A stretch of DNA of 64,000 bases from contig JADJPU010000001.1 in NCBI GenBank assembly GCA_016713115.1, forward strand, positions 1,691,762 to 1,755,761. The letters are read 5' to 3'. Position 1 is the stretch's first letter; every line of letters starts with the position of its first letter. Below the pieces are notes generated by a model. That model had not been told where the DNA came from. It did no database searches and saw nothing but the letters and a program-made list of their open reading frames with translations. Position numbers and translations under genes: made by a program. Below are positions 57,928 through 64,000 of this stretch, in pieces. This DNA comes from Cellvibrionales bacterium (GTDB lineage Bacteria; Pseudomonadota; Gammaproteobacteria; Pseudomonadales; UBA7239).

Positions 57928-58377
57928 TTAACCGCGTTGGATGCCGATGTTTTCTGGCGTGCCATCGCTGGCGTGCACATATTCAGCGCGTACACGCGTC
58001 GGTTTTACCGTGAAGGTGATGCGCACATCGTTGGGCTGATCGAACGGGTAGTGATCTTGATTCATGTATTTTTTGGCGATGCTGTTGATGAATTTGCGTT
58101 CGCTGTCTTCTTGAATCTCCACCGTGCCGCGAATTTCAATATAACGCCACGGATTTTTCGGATCGACAATGCACAGTGCCACGCGTTGGTCTTTGGCGAG
58201 GTTTTTGTATTTTTGCCGCGATTTAATCGTGCTGAAACGCACAAATTCGCCATCCCACACAAAAGCCACGACATTGTTGGCTAGCGACCCATCCGGCATC
58301 ACCATCGCCACTTGTGCGTAGTTATTGCCTTTGACGATATCGTGATGAGATTCGGGAATACTGGGCGTGGCTGCCAT
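57928..58377 (-). CDS. pyridoxamine 5'-phosphate oxidase (PPOX) family split-barrel flavoprotein
   Basis: 149 aa. YAQVAMVMPDGSLANNVVAFVWDGEFVRFSTIKSRQKYKNLAKDQRVALCIVDP...YIEIRG is a PPOX/F420-type pattern. Confidence 0.7.
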   Translation of the reverse strand: MAATPSIPESHHDIVKGNNYAQVAMVMPDGSLANNVVAFVWDGEFVRFSTIKSRQKYKNLAKDQRVALCIVDPKNPWRYIEIRGTVEIQEDSERKFINSIAKKYMNQDHYPFDQPNDVRITFTVKPTRVRAEYVHASDGTPENIGIQRG

Positions 58378-58435
58378 GTTCTGCTCCGGTGATGGTGTTG
58401 ATCTGAGAGGCAGAATTGTATGCGATAGCTAGACA

Positions 58436-58461
58436 ATAAAAAGCCCGACACAAGGTCGGGC
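58436..58461 (-). terminator. rho-independent terminator after hutZ
   Basis: The minus strand reads GCCCGAC-CTTGT-GTCGGGC followed by TTTTTATTG. Confidence 0.8.
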
Positions 58462-58485
58462 TTTCGCGTATTGCTGCGAGTGGTG

Positions 58486-59025
58486 TTAAGCCGCAGGGCG
58501 TGTGACATGCCCGTCACGCAGGTGAGAAATTGTGTTGCCGTTGAGCGATTTGCCGACGAAGTCATACGCGCGACCAAAACCTTTTACAAAGCGACCGCTG
58601 ACGGGTTGCAGCTTGAATAAGTGGAAGTCGCTGAGTTTGCTGAGCTCGTTGATGCGCTGGCCGTGGCGATCGCTCAATACTTTGATGCCTTCTTCGTAAG
58701 CAGCGCCAGCTGTGTGCTCAATTTCTGTCGCTTCGATGCGGTACACCACGCGAATGCGTGCAAACAATTCGTCAGCAGCGCTTTCATCTTGGATGATCAT
58801 CACAGAAGGTGTTGGATTCAACTTGAGATTGACAGCGTGCAATGCGATGTCTGACAGCAAGACATACAAGCACTCATCGCCAATACCGAAAGGCGCATAA
58901 GAGGCGTATGGATTACCTTGTGGATCAATCGATGACAAGATCAGGCTTTTCTGTGTGTTGATGAATTGCGTGATTTCGCCTTGCAAATTGTCTTGTGTGG
59001 ATTGTTTTAAATTAGATTCAGACAT
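58486..59025 (-). CDS. hutZ: heme utilization/degradation protein HutZ (HugZ family)
   Basis: Colinear with V. cholerae HutZ: GEITQFINTQKSLILSSIDPQGNPYASYAPF, HAVNLKLNPTPSVMIIQDE, LFARIRV, LSDFHLFKLQPVSGRFVKGFGRAY. Confidence 0.85.
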   Translation of the reverse strand: MSESNLKQSTQDNLQGEITQFINTQKSLILSSIDPQGNPYASYAPFGIGDECLYVLLSDIALHAVNLKLNPTPSVMIIQDESAADELFARIRVVYRIEATEIEHTAGAAYEEGIKVLSDRHGQRINELSKLSDFHLFKLQPVSGRFVKGFGRAYDFVGKSLNGNTISHLRDGHVTRPAA

Positions 59026-59049
59026 GATGTTACCTCGTGGTGGATGGGT

Positions 59050-59460
59050 TTAGTTGGCTAGTGCGCGTTGGCGCAACTGTTCGAATTGCATCATTTGGTT
59101 CTGCAGCAATTCGCCATTGGCATCGCGACCGATAAAGATTTTAAAAACGGTTTCGCCATTTTTATTCACAAACACCAGTGCGTGACTCTCTCTGCCGCGA
59201 TGGTTTTTGCTTTGAAATTGAATGGTTGCGATGCTGTCTAGGTTTAAATGCCCTTCAAATCCAGCGTCGCCTTTTAGATTATAAAATCCTTCAGCCAGTG
59301 TTCCTGTTGGGAAGTTTCCTTTGAATTCAAACACACTGCCGCCATGCAAAATAATGGTGGTGGTGTTGCCCCAAGTGCTAATTTGTTGCAGTAGTGATAG
59401 CGCTTCCGAGCCTGCAAGTACAGGTGTGGATGTTGCTTCACTTGCGAGATTGTTCATCAA
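59050..59460 (-). CDS. hutX: heme utilization cytosolic carrier protein HutX (ChuX family)
   Basis: 136 aa. WGNTTTIILHGGSVFEFKGNFPTG...GFYNL is the HutX/ChuX pattern. It sits between the receptor gene and hutZ. Confidence 0.75.
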   Translation of the reverse strand: MMNNLASEATSTPVLAGSEALSLLQQISTWGNTTTIILHGGSVFEFKGNFPTGTLAEGFYNLKGDAGFEGHLNLDSIATIQFQSKNHRGRESHALVFVNKNGETVFKIFIGRDANGELLQNQMMQFEQLRQRALAN

Positions 59461-59495
59461 GGTTTCTCCTGCTGTTAAAAGATATTGCTTTGGGA

Positions 59496-61586
59496 TCAGA
59501 AGCGGTATGTTACGGCGGCACGCACTTCACGGCCGGGTTGATACAGTTCTTGGAAAGCGACGCGATAGTATTCGTCGGTGACATTGTTGACGCTGAAATC
59601 CAGCGTCAGGTTTTCACCAGCAGGCTGCCAGCTCGCATAGATATCTGCGATATTGTAGCCGTCATAGGTGTTCGCTGTGGTAGCGGGCGTGCGGTCTTGT
59701 GCGGCGGTGTGAGTTAAACGCACGCCAGCTAACAATTTTTGTTCGGGAATAAATGTGTAGTTCGTATCGATAACCCATTTATCAGCAGGGATATTCGTAA
59801 GGTATTCGCCAGTCTCTTTATCTTCGCCGCGTGTTTTGCCGTAACTGACGCGCGTAGAAAGATTTGCCCATTGATAGCGCGCTTCCAGTTCATAACCTTT
59901 CAGGCGCGCTTTATCAACATTTACCCAAGTAGTGTGACCGGGATCAAAAATAACAGTGGGTGGACCAGGAGGGTTAGGAATGACGGTAACGGTGGGGCTG
60001 GTGACGATCTGCTCGATGAAGTTATCAACATCATTACGAAAAACAGATGCCTTGAATGAAAGTTTATCGTCGCTAGCAAAAACATTGCTCCAGTTCATGC
60101 GCGTCAACAGCTCTTTGTTAGCGGCATTTTCTGCTTCTAGATCGGCGTTAGGCACAAAGCTGTTACAACCAAAGGGAGGGCCCATACAGAAGTGTGCGCC
60201 GGTGGTATACATTTCTTCCGAACTGGGTGCGCGGAAAGCTTCGTCATAACGCGCAGCAATTTCCATCCAATCGGTTGCTTGTAAAACGAGTGCAGCAGAT
60301 GGCGAAATGGCACTGTCTTCGCGAGAAATATTCAAGTTTTTCGCTTCGGTTTCAAATTTGTCGTGACGAATTCCGAGTTCGGTGCGCAACACATCTTTCA
60401 CCAAAGGAATGGTTGCTTGCACAAAAGTGCCACGCACATCCAGTGTAGATTCCGGTGGTATAGGGCGGTTAGTGCCACCGCGTTTGGTAGAAAACTCGTC
60501 CTGATAACCATCAAAACCGTACAGCAAGCTGATGCCGGCAAAATCTGATTTGTTGTTCAATGCATAACCGCGCGTTTTGAGGCTGGTGTCGTCGCTGCGG
60601 CCATCGCTCAAGCGAGATTCACTCATGTCAGTTTTATTCTGATAAATCATCGCTTGCGCGTTTACTAGTGGTGATGCTGTGTCGATGCGGTAATCCAACG
60701 AGATATTTTCGTTTTCCATATCGCGCTCAATTAAATAGTTGCTGGTTGGTGCCACGGGTGCGGAGCTATTGGTGGGTACGCTGCCGTTTTCTTTCGATTT
60801 GCGTAAGTTCAGGGCGAGACTTTGGCTGTCCGTGATCTGCCATAGGCCTTTGAGTAATGCGCCGTGGTCGCGGCTGCCGGAATTATCCAGGTTGTCATTA
60901 AAACGGTAGCTTTTGTGCCCGAGTTCGATGTCGTTGGTATCGCGGTAGTAGCCAGATGCCAACAGGTCAAACTGATCTGTGCGCGCGCCCACGGCCAAGG
61001 TGGTGGCACTGGCTTCGCCGTTGTCGTTGTAGCCGTATTTGATCAAACCGCCAACATCTTGGCCGGCTTTCAAAATATCGCTGGCATTAATGGTGCTCTG
61101 CGCCACCACGCCGCCGATAGCGCCAGAGCCCCAGAGGCTACTAGCAGGACCTTTCAAGGCTTCTACGCTGCGCAGTAATACAGGGTCTAGGAAGTAGGTG
61201 GGGCGGTGTCCGGAGCCAAAGTTTTGACGCACACCATCCACCGTTTGCAGCACTTGTTGGCCTTCAATGCCGCGAATATTCACGATTTGACTGCTGGCAC
61301 GAGGTCCACCAGCCAATTCAATATTGGATTCGTGAGACAACACTTCCGCTGTAGAAGTGGGCTGCATTTGGTTGATTTTTTCCTGCGTGACCACGGCCAG
61401 TGGTCTGGCCACTTGTTTTTCATCCGTATTGTGTCTGACGGCAGTAACGATCACGGTTTCCATGTCGGTTGTGGGTGTTGTAGCGGCGCTTTCCTCGGCT
61501 TGCACGGTAGAGCAGAGGGTGACGGTCAGCGCCAATGCCAGTGGCGTACTGCGAAATCTGGCGCTGCGAATCGATGGGACAGACAT
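59496..61586 (-). CDS. TonB-dependent heme/hemoglobin outer-membrane receptor
   Basis: 696 aa with a signal peptide and the TonB box METVIVTA. A FRAP box (EAFRAPSSEEMY) is followed by a conserved His (GAHF), then an NPNL-like box (VPNADLEAE). C-terminal aromatic residue ...VTYRF. Confidence 0.88.
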   Translation of the reverse strand: MSVPSIRSARFRSTPLALALTVTLCSTVQAEESAATTPTTDMETVIVTAVRHNTDEKQVARPLAVVTQEKINQMQPTSTAEVLSHESNIELAGGPRASSQIVNIRGIEGQQVLQTVDGVRQNFGSGHRPTYFLDPVLLRSVEALKGPASSLWGSGAIGGVVAQSTINASDILKAGQDVGGLIKYGYNDNGEASATTLAVGARTDQFDLLASGYYRDTNDIELGHKSYRFNDNLDNSGSRDHGALLKGLWQITDSQSLALNLRKSKENGSVPTNSSAPVAPTSNYLIERDMENENISLDYRIDTASPLVNAQAMIYQNKTDMSESRLSDGRSDDTSLKTRGYALNNKSDFAGISLLYGFDGYQDEFSTKRGGTNRPIPPESTLDVRGTFVQATIPLVKDVLRTELGIRHDKFETEAKNLNISREDSAISPSAALVLQATDWMEIAARYDEAFRAPSSEEMYTTGAHFCMGPPFGCNSFVPNADLEAENAANKELLTRMNWSNVFASDDKLSFKASVFRNDVDNFIEQIVTSPTVTVIPNPPGPPTVIFDPGHTTWVNVDKARLKGYELEARYQWANLSTRVSYGKTRGEDKETGEYLTNIPADKWVIDTNYTFIPEQKLLAGVRLTHTAAQDRTPATTANTYDGYNIADIYASWQPAGENLTLDFSVNNVTDEYYRVAFQELYQPGREVRAAVTYRF

Positions 61587-61620
61587 GGTGACGGGGCTCC
61601 GCGGTGAGTGTTAAGATGTT

Positions 61621-61674
61621 GCAAATGGTAATCGCTCTCAATACTGTTTGTAAACAAGAATCGTTATTATTTGC
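61621..61674. promoter_or_regulatory. two Fur-box-like sites in the divergent receptor/tonB promoter region
   Basis: By hand alignment, GCAAATGGTAATCGCTCTC (61621-61639) matches GATAATGATAATCATTATC at 13/19. AAGAATCGTTATTATTTGC (61656-61674) matches the complementary-strand consensus variant at 12/19. Confidence 0.45.
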
Positions 61675-61676
61675 AA

Positions 61677-62372
61677 ATGTACACACAAACCCACCGCACA
61701 GAGTCTTTTCCTTGGATGCTTGTTTGCCTTGCAGCCGCATTGCTATTGCATGTGCTTTTATTGCTGCGCTTGCCAGTAAACTCAGCGACCGCGCTCCAAG
61801 CAAAGCCTGAGCTGGTGATGGATACCTTTGTGCTGGCCCCTGCAACAGCGGCTGCATCCGCACCTACACCAACTCCTGTGCCGGAAGAAGCGGTGGCTCC
61901 CAAGCCAATCGTGCAGCCAATAGAACCTGAGGCGGTACCCGTGCGTCCGCAGCGACCTAAGCCAAAGAAAAAAACCATCGAGCGTCGAGTTGCTGTTGAG
62001 CAGCCAATTAAAGAGGCTGTTGTAGAGAGGCCGCCAACCGCCGCGCCAGCTACCGCATCATCGTCACCTGCGCCAGTTGCACCAGCCGCCCCCGTTTTGG
62101 TGACCAAGCCAAAATTTTTGATGCCGCCATCGCAGCCGGTTTACCCGCCTGTTGCGCAGCGTCGTGGACAGCAGGGAACGGTGTGGTTGGAAATTTTGTT
62201 GTCTGAGAGCGGCAAGCAACTTAAGTTATCTATCACGCGCAGTTCGGGCGTCGAATCCTTGGACAATGCCGCTAAAGTGGCTGTAGCCGATTGGAAATTT
62301 GCACCGTATCGCATGAACGGCATGGCCGTGTCATCGCGTGTGCAAGTGCCGGTAGAATTTGTTATTCAGTAA
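61677..62372 (+). CDS. tonB: energy transducer TonB
   Basis: N-terminal TM segment WMLVCLAAALLLHVLLLL, a Pro-rich spacer (PTPTPVPEE...PKPKKK), and C-terminal YPPVAQRRGQQGTVWLEILLSESG.....ITRSSG...LDNAAKVAV..WKF.P. The in-frame TTG at 61671 is the track start. Confidence 0.88.
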   Translation: MYTQTHRTESFPWMLVCLAAALLLHVLLLLRLPVNSATALQAKPELVMDTFVLAPATAAASAPTPTPVPEEAVAPKPIVQPIEPEAVPVRPQRPKPKKKTIERRVAVEQPIKEAVVERPPTAAPATASSSPAPVAPAAPVLVTKPKFLMPPSQPVYPPVAQRRGQQGTVWLEILLSESGKQLKLSITRSSGVESLDNAAKVAVADWKFAPYRMNGMAVSSRVQVPVEFVIQ

Positions 62373-62386
62373 TTCGTGGAGAGAAA

Positions 62387-63229
62387 ATGAAAATCAAACA
62401 ATTGCGTTTTGTTGTGGCTCTGGCGGCGAGCTTATTGTCTTTCGGGTCGCAGGCGGCTGAGCGCATTATTAGTGCGGATGCCGGTGTCACTGCAGTATTA
62501 CGCGCATTGAACTTGGAAAAAGAATTGGTTGGTATTGATGTTACCAGCACACAGCCCACAGGCGCGCCGCTGCCCGTGGTCGGCTACCACCGACAATTGG
62601 CAACGGAAGGTTTGTTGGCATTGAAACCCACGCTGCTGGTGGGCGGCGAACACATGGGACCACCTGCCACACTCAGCTCATTAGAAGCGGCAGGTGTAAA
62701 AGTGTTGCGTGTGCCGCAAGCGCAAGACGGTGCAGGTTTGTTGTCTGGTATTCGTCAGTTGGCAGAAGTTGTAGCAACACAGGAGCAGGCCAAGCCGGTG
62801 TTAGAGCAAGTGCAACAAAAATTGACGACTTTGCAAAAACAAGCGTTGCCACAAAATAGCCGCGCTTTATTTTTGTTATCGGCGGGCAGTCGCGGTTTGC
62901 GTGCAGCCGGTGTTAGCACTGGCGGTGATGCTTTGATTCGTTTGATGGGCGCGAGCAATGTAATGACGTACAACAGCTACCAGCCCATTTCTGCGGAAGC
63001 GATCATGGCGACGAATCCGGACATCATTTTCTTAGCAGCGGACGGTAGCAAAAATGCCATGGCGGATTTTTTACGCGATTACCCAACTTTATCCACATTA
63101 AAAGCAGCGCAAACGCAAAAAATTGTGGAAGTGCGCAGTGAAACACTCGTGGCAGGTTTGAGTGTATTGACGGTTGATGAGGCGCTGCGTCTACAAACAT
63201 TTCTGCAACAACAAGCTGTAAAAAACTGA
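62387..63229 (+). CDS. hmuT: hemin ABC transporter periplasmic binding protein (HmuT/HutB)
   Basis: From ATG 62387 (RBS ggagag). Signal MKIKQLRFVVALAASLLSFGSQAA, then ERIISADAGVTAVLRALNLEKELVGID, the class III SBP pattern. Confidence 0.82.
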   Translation: MKIKQLRFVVALAASLLSFGSQAAERIISADAGVTAVLRALNLEKELVGIDVTSTQPTGAPLPVVGYHRQLATEGLLALKPTLLVGGEHMGPPATLSSLEAAGVKVLRVPQAQDGAGLLSGIRQLAEVVATQEQAKPVLEQVQQKLTTLQKQALPQNSRALFLLSAGSRGLRAAGVSTGGDALIRLMGASNVMTYNSYQPISAEAIMATNPDIIFLAADGSKNAMADFLRDYPTLSTLKAAQTQKIVEVRSETLVAGLSVLTVDEALRLQTFLQQQAVKN

Positions 63230-63241
63230 GCAGAAAAAATA

Positions 63242-64000
63242 GTGAGAAGATTGCCTGTTTTTTGGGTGGCGTTGTTTCTATCGTTGGCGCTACTGATTGT
63301 TGTCGTGTTGTCGATTACCACAGGCCCGATGCAGTTGCCGACGCTGGCGAGTTTGCAGACCGTGTGGCAGGCCGCCATCGGACAAGACAGCACGGCTTTG
63401 GCGCATCATGAACAAACGGTCGTGTTGCAGCTGCGCTTGCCGCGATTTTTGTTGGCGGTATTGGTGGGTGCGCTGTTATCGCAGTGCGGTGTGGTGATGC
63501 AGGGCTTGTTTCGCAATCCGCTGGCAGATCCTGGCATTACCGGCGTATCTACCGGCGCGGCACTGGGTGCAGTGGCTTGCATCGCCTTATTGCCGCCGGT
63601 GATGGCAGTGTGGTTGACACCGATTGCCGCATTTTTTGGTGGTTTATTGGCAACCTTGATGGTTTACCGTTTTGCACGCACGCCGCAGGGTACATCTATT
63701 TCCATGTTGTTGTTGTCGGGTGTGGCGCTGTCGGCTTTCGGTGGTGCGGCGATTGGTTTTTTAAATTATTCCGCCAGCGATCGCGTGCTGCGCGATATTA
63801 CGCTGTGGCAAATGGGTTCGCTGGCAGGTGCCAGTGGCGCGCATATTTTGCTCGGCGCCATTACGGTAGCGGTGTTGGCATTTTTCTTTCAGCGCCATGC
63901 TGCCGCACTCAATGCCATGGCTTTGGGTGAGGCAGAAGCGCGCTATCTCGGTATTGATGTCGAGAAATTAAAATTGCTGTTGATTGTGTTGTCGGCCATT
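63242..64000 (+). CDS. hmuU: hemin ABC transporter permease (FecCD family, HmuU/HutC), partial; continues beyond the window
   Basis: Not in the ORF track because there is no stop in the window. My translation from GTG 63242 is open to position 64000: ...VVLQLRLPRFLLAVLVGALLSQCGVVMQGLFRNPLADPGITGVSTGAALG... (FecCD signature). Confidence 0.85.
   Translation, partial: MRRLPVFWVALFLSLALLIVVVLSITTGPMQLPTLASLQTVWQAAIGQDSTALAHHEQTVVLQLRLPRFLLAVLVGALLSQCGVVMQGLFRNPLADPGITGVSTGAALGAVACIALLPPVMAVWLTPIAAFFGGLLATLMVYRFARTPQGTSISMLLLSGVALSAFGGAAIGFLNYSASDRVLRDITLWQMGSLAGASGAHILLGAITVAVLAFFFQRHAAALNAMALGEAEARYLGIDVEKLKLLLIVLSAI

Noticed and set aside
61667-62107. 146-aa minus-strand ORF rich in Gly/Ala/Thr opposite tonB
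   Set aside because: It is antisense to the Pro-rich spacer of TonB (CCN codons read as GGN on the other strand). It is a compositional artefact.

Overview
This 64-kb window looks like core chromosome from a Gammaproteobacterium. That assignment is an inference from gene content and order, not from a database search. I support about 66 protein-coding genes, one tRNA and several hairpin terminators and regulatory sites. I recognised no rRNA, CRISPR array, transposase, integrase or phage gene. The backbone is housekeeping: glyA, tusA-gloA, greB, sbcB, pyrB, cysK, mgtE, yjgA-rpoN and a complete metY(tRNA-fMet)-rimP-nusA-infB-rbfA-truB-rpsO-pnp block. It also carries nadK, hda-nhaA, pepN, the lnt-corC-ybeY-phoH block (minus strand) and grxD plus a 2-Cys peroxiredoxin. 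Accessory content: (1) a heme-uptake locus at the right edge with a TonB-dependent receptor, hutX, hutZ, and divergent tonB-hmuT-hmuU with Fur-box-like sites; (2) an RND efflux pair; (3) a tightly packed CHASE2 class III cyclase / SH3b protein / M48 lipoprotein operon; (4) a cNMP-binding-rhodanese fusion; (5) a lemA-M48-qor-yciH operon; (6) a sulfotransferase with an unknown partner; (7) two AT-richer islets, one an overlapping DUF4160/DUF2442 pair and one a tandem pair of paralogous secreted proteins I cannot place in any family; (8) a sensor-less histidine kinase; (9) a partial B12-binding radical SAM gene at the left edge. The most consistent unexplained signal is that four conserved genes (greB, the long M48 protease, pnp, lnt) are broken by single-base frame problems, and cmoM probably is too; several of the five sites lie at homopolymer runs. 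This points to sequencing or assembly error rather than gene decay. I found no recognisable defence or other known multi-gene novelty system. The best uncharacterised candidates are the secreted paralog pair and the CHASE2 cyclase operon. Family names come from my reading of the translated ORFs; no searches were run.
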